Notes: a model not told the origin generated them from the sequence alone. A stretch of DNA of 64,000 bases from Chlorokybus atmophyticus (GCA_009103225.1 RHPI01003369.1:1516017-1580016); one strand, 5' to 3'; counted from the first letter of the stretch, positions 11,735 to 24,817 are shown. Program-made: numbers and translations.

Positions 11735-13965
11735 ACACGTTTGGTTAGGTCAGTGCAGGGTGAAGTGACCTGCTTTTCAGATGTTGAGTACCCTGCAAGC
11801 TGTATTGATGCACGTCTGCTGACGCGCAGGGAGTAGGCACAAGATAGTCCGGGCAACCATTCATGTGGTAGCAGCTCGTGTTGCAGTAATTGATAGGCAC
11901 TTGCACTTGATACCCCCTAGACTCTAACACATGCACTGTACATCGCCTCTGGTTGAGCAAAGAAAGTTCTGTCGTGCACAACGTCATAGCCTCGGCAATC
12001 TGCAGATTCGTCGTGCAATGTTGCGCATTCAGGTTGGCAGGTCATTGCGTGCTATGCGTACCAGCAGGCACAGGTGCGTTTATATGCAGTCCATCTACAC
12101 TATCACGGCACTGCTCAAAGAATGCCAGCTATCACACCTGACTGCTACCTTGCTTCGCCTCAGCATTGTACTCAGACGTTCGAAGACTTGTGTTTACCAA
12201 TTGTGCAATGTGGATATGTACAGGATATGCTGCCAGTAGTTGTAGACATGCATGACATCACTTAGAGCATGCCAAACAGCATATAAGCACATTGTAATAC
12301 AACCACCGGGCTAAAGACACTGTTTGGTCCAACCTCACCACATAATAGACTAGAGATTGCTGTACACTAGTCTAGACCTCCCCATTAGACGGCAGCTCCA
12401 ACGTCGGAAGCGGACGCTGTGCTGGCGGCTGCCTTGTAGATGTAGGCGTGCTAGCGTGCGTGTGAGTTTACTGGTGCAGTGTAGAAAATATGCAATGCTG
12501 TGCATGTGATAGGCATGGCTGACAGTGCGTAGCTTTGTATGACGATGTTGCTGTACTTGTACATTGTCGATTAGGTATGCATATGCGTATTAATAGTGCA
12601 TTCCCTGCCTCCTCACGGGATCCGTCAGTTGGTGTTGGCAAAGGCAGCAGTAGCAGCAGCACAGCACGACGACTCCCTCCCTCCCGCCTGCTCTCCCTCT
12701 CCCCTGCCACCCGCTCTGCCACGCAGTTTCTGCTGCTGCGTCTCTCACCACCCTAACCCTTGCTGCGCGCAGGGCCACTGTGCCACTGGCGGTTAGGCCT
12801 TGTCGGTAGGGTTGGGTGGTGGGGTTGGCTGGGTATGTCTGTCGCACGGGCACCCTGCGTTACCAGGCAGTTTGCTCCCCGCGCATAACCACAGTGCATC
12901 ATACTGCGTTTGCGCGCCGGTGCTTCTGTAGCGCCTGGTACACCATTCTTGTACAGTAGAGTCGGCGGCGTGCAGTAAGCACATGCGTTGTCATGTATCA
13001 TGCGTTGCCTCAACATCGCCAACATCCGCTTCAAGGAGTGCTCCATCCTCTTGCATGGATGTCAGCAGCGCTGTCATGGCCTTGACGAAATGACTGCGGT
13101 ATGTGCAAGTACGCATGATGCGTGTGTACTGCAAATTCACCACACCTAGTTTGACGTTCCTTGGTACATTTGATTCTGGCAGAGGCGCTCAGTATCGTAG
13201 GATGCCAGTGAACTGTGTGTAACTGTGTAACTTTATGCCAGATGCTCAGCTTGCAACTTATATCACCACACATGATCATCCATCCTTTATTGGGTAGCCA
13301 TAAACATAAGAGGGCATGCTGGTTGCAGTGGTACCCAACCCCACCGGCAGCACCGACACTTCTTGCAGCACAGCACCTGCGACTGTCGCACATGACGGTC
13401 GCTGCGCGCGTTGGGAGGGGGAGGGCAGAGGGGCAGGGCAGAGGGGCCGTGTGCGAGGGGCACATGTGGGACCAGGGGAAGGCGGTGGAAGTGACGGCGT
13501 GGGTGAAGGAGAACGGGAGAGTGGGAGTGGGAGCCCGTCTGCTGCTCTTGCTACTGGCTGCTGTGAAGACCGTGAGACCAACTTACTACACATGTGTGCA
13601 GGTAACCAACTGACTCTGAGCGTGCATGACTAACGCAGTTGGTTAGTAGGTAGGTAAGCGATAGGTGAAACAATGAAGGAGTTACTGACCAGCCCGGTGA
13701 TTGTGTTTAGTCGTGTGGTTGGTGAGTGTACCGAGTTTGCCTGCATGCGTGCTAGTCACATGTTGGTACAAGTTGATACACACAGATTTTGGTACAGATA
13801 AATTGCTTGACGGCATGTACACGCGCACTGTCGTCTACAATGCAATGTCGATGCAGCATTGGCAAGCGCGGTTGATGCACAACTTATCGACATGAATGTT
13901 GCCAGATGGCTGTTCGTGCACTGTGCGGCAACTTGCATTGCCACCACGGAATGCACATAGAGCTA

Positions 13966-16484
13966 TCACTTCTTGGCCTTTACAAAGAGGTCATTTCGCA
14001 TAAGGTTCGCTCGCAGTAGCATGGCAGACGCATCTTGCTGGTAGTCCTGCCCCGCTTGCAAGGCCTTCTGGAATGTAGCATTCCGTTGATCAGCATGGCG
14101 GGCATACAGGATCTTGTTATGCGAGTCTATCCTTGCCTGCATGGTCATGTGAACAGTTAGACTTGGAAACCTGGCATGGAGTTACCAAATACTAAACTCA
14201 GGTGTCCGAGCTCACAATATGGTTTACTGAGACTCACTACTGCATGTTTACAGTCCTAGAACTATCAGCAATAATACAATGAGCCACCAAGCAAAAGCAC
14301 ATGCCAAGCAACGTGCACAAGACAGGCAGGCCCTGGTGACATGGTAATGTGTCATATACCTGAATTTGATTGTCCATTATAAGCGCCGCTATCTCCTTTT
14401 CCAGTCCCGCGACGTCAGTGTTAAAGGCTGTCGCCATGGTACTCAAGCTCACCGATATGAACGGTGTGGTGTACTGTATGAGCGCTCTGTGACGGATTTG
14501 CTCATACATGGCATCAACATGGTCATGAAGGTGGATGTCCAACATCAGGTCAGCCCGCAGCTTGTGAAGATATCCTAGACATTGGGCATAGCGACTGCAT
14601 CAACAGGTAGCAGTCAGTTTTGGGCATTGTATTAGGTAACTGATCAAGTATGCAACAGCAGTTCCGCTGTGCATTGCCTTGCTCAGGGCACAAGAAAACA
14701 CATAACACATAACACACGCACCATGGCAGCACCCACTTCGTTGCAACCTGAACTGCAAAACACAAAAACGGACAACACGGCGCATCAGGCAGAGCTAGTC
14801 ACCTTGCGTAGAAGTCATTGATAAGCTCCCGCACCTCCGGCACCAACTCCAAGAAGTTGCGGAAATTGACATGGTCAATCACTTTGGCTCTCAGCTCTGC
14901 CCTGTCGAAGGACGCAAGTGCACAAAGGCCGCCATACACAGCAACGTCCTAAACAACATGACCACCAGAACCTGTCAGAGATAGTGACCACACGGAAGTC
15001 GTGCACAGCCAGGGTTCTGGTGCCTGACCTGAGGTGCGATGACTTCTGTGTAGTTGGTCCCTAGCTCGAAATTGACGTCCACAAACTTGCGCGCAGCTAA
15101 CTTGTACTTTTTTGATTCCAAGTGTGCTAACCCAGCAGCACACCGCAATTTGGCCAATACCACGGGGTCGGCCACGTCCTGCGTCACCCATGCAGTTTCA
15201 CAAGACTGCGCATGGTGCCACATGATTGCATACTAGCAATGTTATGCATTACCATTCTCCGCAAGGCATGTTTTAAGATACCTGGTGCAGTGCACACATG
15301 ACCTGTGATGCGCAGTGATGTGCTGCATGGTTTGGCATCTAACCCATAGTTCCAACAAATGCCACAGCATTGCGCTGCTTACTACACACACTTGGTGAGC
15401 GTGCAAATCAGCTCAAGTGTATCAGCATAGTGACTCACCGGGGTCTGCTCGGCCTTCTGTACATAGTTTGCAACATGTGCGAAGTTTGGCAGCTCTATGC
15501 TGACGCGAATAACGTTGAGGCACATGGCGATGATGTGCTTGGAGGTTGTGCAATAGTCGCGCGTGCGGATATAGCTCTTCAACGCATTTTGTAGTTCCCC
15601 GCGTTGGTAATAGAAATCCCCTAGGTCGTTGTGACCCATGCGAATGCTCTCCTTGATCAAGTTGGTTTTGTACCTGCAAACATGCATGTTTGTCCATGCC
15701 ACTAAGCCTGCCTCAGAGCAATTGGTGTATGCAACATTAGCGAGATCTATGACACACTGGACTTGCACAGTCCAAGCAAAGCAACCGATACAACACAACA
15801 GCTGCTCGTTGCCGATGCATGCTAAGCAATAAAGCACGAGCTGTTGTTGACGATGCTCGTGAGTTACAGCGCCATTGTGCTATCACATAACAGCTCACCC
15901 GTTGAGCTCCAATTCGAGCTTTTCATGGCGCTGCGTTGCTCGCCGGTCAATCGCATCCACCCACGACTTATCAACGTTAAACTCGTGGCTCCCAAACTTG
16001 CCAGCCGCCGCCTCAACCACTTCTGTGTACAACTGCGTGTTCTCACCCTTCCTCAACTCCGCTACTGCCATGCGCATGGCATCTGCATTGTGCGGAGGGC
16101 CCATTCTCTCTGCTATAAATCGTAACCTTTCTATCTGTCAACAAAACAGAGCTGTTGTATAAATGATACTCCATAACATCATGCATGCAAAAGGCGGGAA
16201 CAAGATGAAGCCCTACTCTTGCTAGCATCTTGCAAATGATGGAAGCAGCAAGCAGACCGTGTCAGCTTCACTCGCATGCATTGACGTTACACCGACAATG
16301 ATTGATAGCTCCGCGCTTGCAACAGCACCTTCGTGTGTCCAGTATAGTTGCTCGCGTAAGCTTCAACATCGAACTGGTGCGGTGCGGTGGACTGGGACGC
16401 ACCAGCGGCAGGGGAGGAGGCGGACATGGAGGTGGGGGTGGTTGCCGCTGAAGACGGGGCCCCGTTGTCGTCGTCCACCTCCAT
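13966..16484 (-). CDS. CSN1: COP9 signalosome subunit 1 (RPN7/PCI domains); spliced
   Basis: [97 protein letters not shown] and [13 protein letters not shown]. Confidence 0.95.
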
Positions 16485-16631
16485 GACAGCCAGCCGATCT
16501 CACCTTAACGCAGCATGCATAGTCCCTCCTTGCCCACTATGCCTCCTCCAAATCCCTCACTCCTGCCCGCCCTGGGGCTCGGACAACAGCGACGCCCTCA
16601 GCAACATCATGCATGCCACTAGCCAGGGTGC

Positions 16632-16640
16632 AAACCCTAA
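16632..16640 (+). promoter_or_regulatory. Telo-box (AAACCCTAA) in the CSN1/MCM divergent promoter
   Basis: Exact motif within the 390-bp gap between the two ATGs. Confidence 0.45.
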
Positions 16641-16874
16641 TCACGGTGGTTCACTATATTCACTGAACACCTTGTAGACGAGAGAGTCGAGTTCACTGAG
16701 CCATGTAAACGCAGTGATCATGCTCGTGCTTGTTTGGACGTTGCTGACGCTGCTGACGTGGAGCTGGCAGGCGGTGGAGGTGGAAGGCGTTGTTGACGTT
16801 GCCTTGGTCAAATGCCAACTTTCTAGGAGCAGCGATGGTATTGCTCTGGGAGTAAAACTGGATTGCAGCTCATT

Positions 16875-19800
16875 ATGTCGGCATTCGGCAGGGTGAGACA
16901 CAGCAGCCTTGCTTTTTGTTCCCCTGTAGTCGCTGTTCATCCAGGTTTCTGCTTGTGCATTCCAACTGACTTTGATTGATTCTGTTGATGTTTTGGCAAG
17001 CCTGTTGTATACTGCATGTTCACCACGGCATGCTTGTGCTGTTTCCTCTGTGCGGTAGGCTGATCGGCTTGTTGGCTGCCATGTTGCATAATACTCGTGG
17101 CAGTAAGCTGATCAGCTTGTTTGCTGCAATTGTACACGTCCCTGAGTGCATGTACTGGGACAATGCATAATTGGCAGTCATGTTGAAATTAAACCAGTTT
17201 ATGACTAGCCCATCCAGTGCTTCCGCTGTCATTTTCTACTTGCTCCCCATTATTTGTCAGCCTGATTTAGACTGGTCGTGCTCACAGAACCGGATCTTTA
17301 CTTGTCACAGAACTGCTGCCACTAACAAATTTCGCAAGCCTGTTGCAGCCGAGTGCCACAACTACTGCTAACGCTTGTGTGCACTGTGTGCGCAGTGCGC
17401 CATACGGCGTACCTCTTCGCTGAGCGTCTTCCGTGGACGTCTGCGACATGAGCGGCTTCGTGCATGCACATCTTTCCGTACCACAGCAACCACTTCCACC
17501 GCTGCCAACTCAACCGACAACAGCGGCCCCAATGCTTCACGAGTTTGGCAGGAAAGAGCTGGGAAAGACTCCAGGAAGGATGACCCGCTTCAAGCTCTTG
17601 CATGGCAGACGCCTGAGGTAAGCTCACAGCTACCATGCGCTTGGTAACTGACAAGTGAGGGACAAGTGAACACTGTACGCATCCCTGCTTTTCAAGGAAG
17701 CTTTTGTACTTTGTGCCCTACGCGAAACTGACTGTTAGCAGACGCATGCTATGCACCCACGCATGCGCCCCCCCCCCCCCCCCCCCCCCCNNNNNNNNNN
17801 NNNNNNNNNNNNNNNNNNNNNNNNNNNNNNNNNNNNNNNNNNNNNNNNNNNNNNNNNNNNNNNNNNNNNNNNNNNNNNNNNNNNNNNNNNNNNNNNNNNN
17901 NNNNNNNNNNNNNNNNNNNNNNNNNNNNNNNNNNNNCCTCCCCCCCCCTCCCCCCCTGCGGAGGTGGGTGGGCATGCATACACAATACTAGCTAGCGCAA
18001 AATCGTGCAACTTGAATATAACTGGGGCACATGCAATGCCATGGCTCGTGATGTGTGCTTACGCTTCTTACCTAGTACTGTGCTCGCCGTGCAGGGGTTT
18101 GCTGTCAAGCCTGTCTACAGCAAGCACGATGTTGACGTAGAGGAAGAAATGCCAGGTGTGTATCCGTTCACAAGAGGCCCATACGCGACCATGTACACAC
18201 AGCGTCCTTGGACAATACGCCAGTATGCGGGCTTCAGGTTTGATAAAGTGATGCAAGCAAGTAACCAATGCGTGCGGCCAGTACTGACATAAGTAGTTGC
18301 ACAGCACTGCGGAGGAGTCCAACGCTTTCTATCGTAAAAACTTGGCTGCAGGCCAAATGGGACTCAGTGTCGCTTTTGATCTTGCAACCCATCGAGGGTA
18401 TGTTGTCTTTTGAAGCAGGTTCCGGCAGTACCTCATACACAAGACTTATTAATTGCGTTGCTGTTCAGGTATGACTCTGATCATCCCAGAGTGTCAGGCG
18501 ATGTTGGCATGGCAGGTGTCGCAATAGACAGTGTGGAGGATATGAAGCTCCTGTTTGGGGGGATACCCTTGGACAAAATGAGCGTGTCGATGACAATGAA
18601 CGGTGCTGTCCTTCCAATCCTGGCCATGTACATTGTTGCGGCGGAAGAACAAGGTGAAGTGTGACTGACAGAAGTGTGAGCTTGCATTTGAGTTTCGTTA
18701 CGCATCAAGCCATGTGACAAGTAGGTGTGATTGACAGGAGTGCCGGCCTCAAAGCTCTCAGGAACCATTCAAAATGACGTTTTGAAGGAGTTCATGGTCC
18801 GCAATACATACATCTATCCTCCTGCTCCCAGCATGCGCATTGTTGGGGACATTATGGCATACACCGCGCGTAACATGCCACGCTACAACTCCATATCTGT
18901 CTCAGGATACCATATGCAGGAAGCCGGTGCCAACAGGTGCAATTCTCGCACAAAATTACAGCAATAACCCTACAATGTTTGCAAGTGTGTAGCTACCAGA
19001 CTTGCAAGTAAAACAGCGCAGCTTTGCAGCTCGTTGGAACTGGCCTTCACAATCGCCGATGGTTTAGAGTATGTTCGCTGTGCTCAGCAAGCAGGGCTAG
19101 CGGTCGATGAAGTGGCCCCGCGCATCTCCTTCTTCTTTGCAATTGGCATGGAGTTTTACCTCGAGGTATGACTTTAGACTTTGTATATGCATCGTCGTGG
19201 TATTTATATTTTGGCGTCGTGTCCGGTCAGGTTGCCAAGCTGAGAGCTGCGCGTCGTCTTTGGGCCAGACTGATGAAGGTGCCAACCTTATCATCAGACT
19301 TGCTCATGTTGCAATATCTCGCTTACTCAAACACACGTAACAATGCAGGAGAAGTTTTCTCCCAAATCAGAGAAGTCTTTACTCCTGCGTACGCATTGCC
19401 AGGTACCTCTCACGCATACCCCATGCCGCTGAGCGGCAATCACCCTCTTATACATTCTTGCTGCGACAACAGACGTCAGGATACTCGTTGACAGAGCAAG
19501 ACCCTTTCAACAACATCGTAAGAACAACCATTGAGGCCATGGCGGCAGTTTTGGGTGGCACACAGAGCCTTCACACCAACTCCTTTGATGAAGTGAGTGT
19601 CACCTGGTTGCTATGCTTCAGCCGTCTTTACATCAAGTGTTGTCAACTCGGTCAAGATAGCACCTTCTGCGCCTGCAACTGCCTGCAGGCACTTGCCTTG
19701 CCAACAGAAACAAGCGCCAGAATTGCACGGAACACGCAGCTCATACTTCAGGAAGAAGCTAGCATTACCAAGGTAGGTTATTGGGCAATCATATAATCTT

Positions 19801-21312
19801 CGCACAATTAGTTTTAAACTCAGGAGACTGTTGGCAGGTGGCTGACCCATGGGGCGGGTCATACTTTATGGAGGCGCTAACCAACCAGCTTGAGCAGCAA
19901 GCACTGATTGTGATTGAAGAAGCTGAATCACTTGGAGGTATGACCGCAGCCATTGCTTCCGGCATGCCAAAGCTACGGATTGAGGAGGTTGCAGCACGCA
20001 AACAGGTAAGAGCCACAGCATGTTGAGTGATAGCCTTGTTGTCAGCTTAAGTTGACACTGATTCTCTGGTGATCAGGCTCGATTGGATAGTGGTGCTGAT
20101 ATTGTTGTAGGCGTAAACAAGTACCGAGTGGAGGATGCAGAGCCAATTGAGGTCCGCTCCATTGACAATGAGGCAGTCCTGAAAGCGCAGTGCAGACGTC
20201 TAAGCGAGCTGCGCTCAAGCCGGGACAACAACAGGTATTGCGCTTTTCACCAGTGGCGTATAATGCTTACTACTGCCTTACAGCGAACAAGTTGAGAATG
20301 CTTGTCCCTATAGTCTGCTAACATAGCATGTGCGACTGACTCCGTTGTTGGATGCATTGTAGGGCGGATGCTGCCTTGAAGGCACTGAAGGTTGCTGCTA
20401 CAGCTCCGCAGTCAGTGGACAGCAACTTGCTTGCTAAAGCAGTGGATGCCGCTAGAGCACGGTGCACTGTGGGAGAAATATCTGCTGCGCTTGAGAAGGT
20501 TTGGGGTCGCCATGTGGCAAACACCACTGTCATTAGCGGCGCTTACGGGTAAGCAACTTGCATGTGTAATATGTACTCAACACATACCCTGGTTAAGGTG
20601 TCTGCTTCTTATGGTGTAATAATATAGTCTGGAGGCTGCCAAGGCTTGCTGAGCATGCATGGTAACTGCTCACCTTGGACAGTCGCGAGTATGGAGAGGA
20701 GGCTGCACTGGCCACAGCACGGGAGGCAGTACAGAACTTTGAGGTCAGAGCAGGACGCCGGCCTCGCATCCTGGTTGCCAAGATGGGCCAGGACGGACAC
20801 GATCGTGGTGCAAAGGTACGTATCCTGCAGCGATTACATGCTTACGCCGTTGGTCCCCTCCCTTTGGGCAACAGCTTCGTACGCAAACGCACTTGACAGG
20901 TAATTGCTACTGGCCTGGCCGACCTTGGCTTCGATGTTGACATTGGTCCATTATTTCAAACTCCTGCAGAGGTTGCACGGCAGGTATGCTGTTTGTGCTT
21001 GACAAGGGAGCGAATGGCTGCCTACCATGCACTTGTGCCTTACTCCAACTTGCTACTTTGCAGGCAATAGAAGCAGATGTCCACGTTGTCGGTGTCAGCT
21101 CTCAAGCTGCAGGGCACAAAGCGTTGATACCTCAACTGGTGCAGGAGCTGAAAGTGCAAGGAGGAGACAACATGCTGATTGTGTGTGGTGGTGTGATTCC
21201 GCCGACAGATTATGCGTTTCTGCACAAAGCTGGTGTTGCATGCATTTTTGGCCCCGGCACTCGCATTCCAGAGGCTGCCTTGGAGATGCTGAGCAAGATA
21301 GACGTGCGCTAA
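16875..21312 (+). CDS. MUT: Mitochondrial adenosylcobalamin-dependent methylmalonyl-CoA mutase; about 16 exons
   Basis: Micro-exon 16875-16892 (MSAFGR) plus the exon from 17396 give an Arg-rich presequence. Then [79 protein letters not shown] (DxHxxG) and CGGVIPP. All checked introns are GT-AG and keep frame. Confidence 0.97.
17768..17952. other. Assembly gap flanked by poly-C, in MUT intron 2 (similar gaps at 1689-1710, 24375-24734, 60680-60848)
   Basis: N runs bordered by C homopolymers. Confidence 0.95.
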
Positions 21313-23032
21313 GCAATGAAGCCATGTCCACGTCATGCAAATGCTTTCAGTGCAGCTTCTCCAAAGTTCAGTATCGAATAAAGGTCAAGCCAGCTTTGCG
21401 GATGGATGTGGTCGCTTCACTTGTAGCCATTACTATGGTGAGCACCATCTCAGTGTCACGTCAACACTTGCTGCAGCACACGTCCAGTAGGATTGGTTGC
21501 TGTTAGCTTACCAATCTGCGTGTGTGCAACATGGGCAATGGTTGAGCCTGCTTAGCTTCATTATGCGTCAGTGTTTTCTTATTTGCTATAAAGAACCATT
21601 CACGTTCTTTTGCTTGTTTGCTCAAACAGCAAATTTTTCTGCCCCTAGAAACAGCCACGACTTAGCTCACATTGACAGCAAGTTGAGCTCACATGTTAAG
21701 CGCGCAATAGAGCTGATACCACCACGGAGCCAGTGCGAAATGCTTACGAATCATACTGCAGGGCGGCTTAACATGATTGTGAAAGCAAGGGTGTGATAAT
21801 GTAAGAGCTAATCAGTTTTGGAGGCAGTCGCACACTCAGCAACCTATGCATAGTGAGGCACAAGCACGCAAGCAAGCAACAAGAGCAGCATGCAAACAAT
21901 CAAGCCACAGGCAGGGGGCCTAGTCTACATGCGTGCAACTACCTAAGTGCATGCAAGGCGGAAACGGTGTAGGCAGGTAGGGAGGCACGGGCAAGATCAA
22001 GCAAGGTTCAACGGACCTGTGCAAGAAATGATATGCACAACATGATTGCAAAAATGCGAAAGGCAGTTGTCATGGGCTCATTGCCAATTGCGTTGTGTTG
22101 CAAAATCACCAAGCACAAAACATAAATCCGTGCGAATGGCATAATCAAGGCCCCCTCATGTAATGTGAACATATAGACATCCCAATGTCTGAGTTGCAAA
22201 TGTGCGCCACATAATACGGCAGCAGCTGTGCTACAAATTCGTCCTTCAGCTACTGCTGCCTACTGCCCCGCCACATTTGCACTTAACGTAAGCCCTTGGT
22301 GTAATTAATGTCGTCCGTCTGTGCAAGCTAGTCTGCCTATGCCTTGTGTGTCTGTGCATGCCTACGATACATACCCTCTACAACAATACTCACAGCAACG
22401 GGCAAGTCAACAACCAATTAACTATGGTAGGGGCTGAAGGCTAGTCTACGTATACGTGCGCGCAACCAAATGCAATGCAAGACGGGCAAGCAACAAGCAT
22501 GTGAACATGGCGTCAGCTCCAATTGTTGTATAAGCTATAGTAACACAATGGAGCATTCACATTGCAAGCACAATAACCACACAAGCAATTTAGGCAGGAG
22601 ACGGGCACTTCAATCAAACATGAGATTTTTAAGCATAGAAGACATATGTGCTCTAATTAAGTGCATGCGGGGTGGGGCAGTATGCCGCAGTGACAAGTAG
22701 CATATGGTATAGCACAGGGGCCATCAAGCAACCACAGCAGCCATTACCACAGCAAGCAACACATAGCTAGCTAATATGCGAGTAACCAACCACCCAGAAG
22801 CACACATGCACGGTATACTTTTGTCATGTGCAAGTTCTTCCCTTTATACTACCTTCCAGCTTTATGACAAAGCAACCTTGGCTTTTACAATTACAAGATT
22901 TCTAGCTTACAGATGTCCCAGCACAGGTGATGGGAAATTTCTCCCTTTTGTGGACGTTGGAAACACTTCAGTCATGTCAACAGCAATAGGATTTTGGTAG
23001 GGAAAATCTCAAAACCTCCGCGACTCCAGAAA

Positions 23033-23410
23033 GTCACGTGACGGCGTGGCACGTAGGCACTGTGGCGGCTCGCGCCTGCCACGTGTGCAGAAAGATGAGA
23101 TCGCCAGGCGCGGTGGATGAGATTGATGACCATGATTATCTCATCAGCGGCGGCGGTGGCGGGCGACACTGTCAGGCACACGTGTGCCGTCTTGATGCCC
23201 TATGAAGGCCCCTTTTTCTACTTCATACATGCATTTCCAGCCTAGGGAAAGGAGTCGACGATGCTTCATAACAATGCAGGACAGCGTGATGATATGCACC
23301 CTTTGGAAGCGTAATCCGTCGGGACTCTTGGGGGGCCTTTGCACCTCAACATGGCAACATGCATGACTTGGTGTTGAGCGTTGTGTGTCAGATCACCCTT
23401 TATATTTAAA
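23033..23410 (+). promoter_or_regulatory. Cluster of ACGT-core (G-box/ABRE-like) elements plus a TATA-like box upstream of the SDR
   Basis: gtcacgtgac 23033-23042, cacgta 23050-23055, cacgtg 23080-23085, 14-bp palindrome ggcacacgtgtgcc 23175-23188, and tatatttaaa 23401-23410. Confidence 0.45.
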
Positions 23411-23598
23411 CAACATCCTCTGCAGACGAGATCTGATCCCGCTCTATCCACTAAGCAAGCAAAAGGGCGGGTGCAGTACATACATATAGCACTGAAAGCC
23501 CTTCAGTCCCCTGTTGCGAGCACGCAGGCATCCACAGGGGTAGACTTGCCATTGCCGTCGTGGTCGTCGCCGTCGTTGTCAGAAACGTGCTTGTCGTC

Positions 23599-24374
23599 AT
23601 GGGTTTCAAGCGGGAGTTTACCGGATTCCGCGTGGCCATCATGGGTGGCACGGGTGGCATAGGTCTGGAGGTGGCCAGGCGGTTTGCCGAGAGGGGCGCC
23701 GATCACATCGTCCTGGCCGGCAAGGACAAGGACCACCTGACCAAGGCCTGCCACGAGAAGGTGTTCAAGGGCAAGGCGAAGCCCATGGTGGTGGACTTCA
23801 TGGACATGGAGGGCGCGGAGAAGGCCCTGAAGGAGGTGCCGAAGCTTCTGGGCGGCGGCATCGACGTTTTAATCAACGCCGCTGGTGGCTACGTCCCTGG
23901 CGCCGCCGGCCCCAAGGGCCTCCTCCCCACCATGCAGCTCAACCTCATGAGCGCCTACATGGCCTGCGAGGGCCTGAGGGAGGCGCTTAAGGAGAGTGAG
24001 CACGGGGGCGTCATCATCAACGTTGCTGACGCCGTCGGCACCAAGGTCGTCATGCCCTCCATCCACACCAACTACACCGTCGCCAACGCCGCCGTCCTCA
24101 AGCTCACCGAGACCCTCGCCCTCACCTACGCCCCTGAGGTCCGCGTCAACTGCGTCTCCCCTGGCTACACTGAGGGCACCGCCATGCTCAAGGTCCTTTC
24201 TGGCGACGACGAGGAGAAGGAGGAGACCCTCAAGGCTAAGCGGGCCAAGGTCACCCCTCTTCAGCGCCTTGCTGAGCCAGAGGAGGTCGCTGAAGCCATC
24301 CTGTATGTTGCTGGACAGCAGTACGCCACTGGACAAAACCTTGTGCTTGATGGAGGTGCGCATGCTCCCCCCCC
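23599..24374 (+). CDS. Short-chain dehydrogenase/reductase, atypical (YxxxN); 3' end lost in an assembly gap
   Basis: Uninterrupted ORF with MGGTGGIG (Rossmann fold), GIDVLINAAG, IINVADA, NYTVANAA, VRVNCVSPG, TPLQRLAEPEEVA and ATGQNLVLDGG. Very strong C/G third-position codon bias. Confidence 0.92.
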
Positions 24375-24734
24375 NNNNNNNNNNNNNNNNNNNNNNNNNN
24401 NNNNNNNNNNNNNNNNNNNNNNNNNNNNNNNNNNNNNNNNNNNNNNNNNNNNNNNNNNNNNNNNNNNNNNNNNNNNNNNNNNNNNNNNNNNNNNNNNNNN
24501 NNNNNNNNNNNNNNNNNNNNNNNNNNNNNNNNNNNNNNNNNNNNNNNNNNNNNNNNNNNNNNNNNNNNNNNNNNNNNNNNNNNNNNNNNNNNNNNNNNNN
24601 NNNNNNNNNNNNNNNNNNNNNNNNNNNNNNNNNNNNNNNNNNNNNNNNNNNNNNNNNNNNNNNNNNNNNNNNNNNNNNNNNNNNNNNNNNNNNNNNNNNN
24701 NNNNNNNNNNNNNNNNNNNNNNNNNNNNNNNNNN

Positions 24735-24814
<80 letters not shown>
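24735..24814. repeat. (CT)n microsatellite abutting an assembly gap
   Basis: 40 visible TC units after the N run 24375-24734. Confidence 0.95.

Positions 24815-24817
<3 letters not shown>

Noticed and set aside
16714-16896. ORF with a signal-peptide-like start (MIMLVLVWTLL...)
   Set aside because: It starts at GTG in the CSN1/MUT promoter. The overlapping ATG 16875 micro-exon splices in frame to MUT and explains the donor site.
23205-23340. 9-bp inverted repeat aaggccccc / gggggcctt
   Set aside because: Too short and low-complexity to call a MITE; no TSD.
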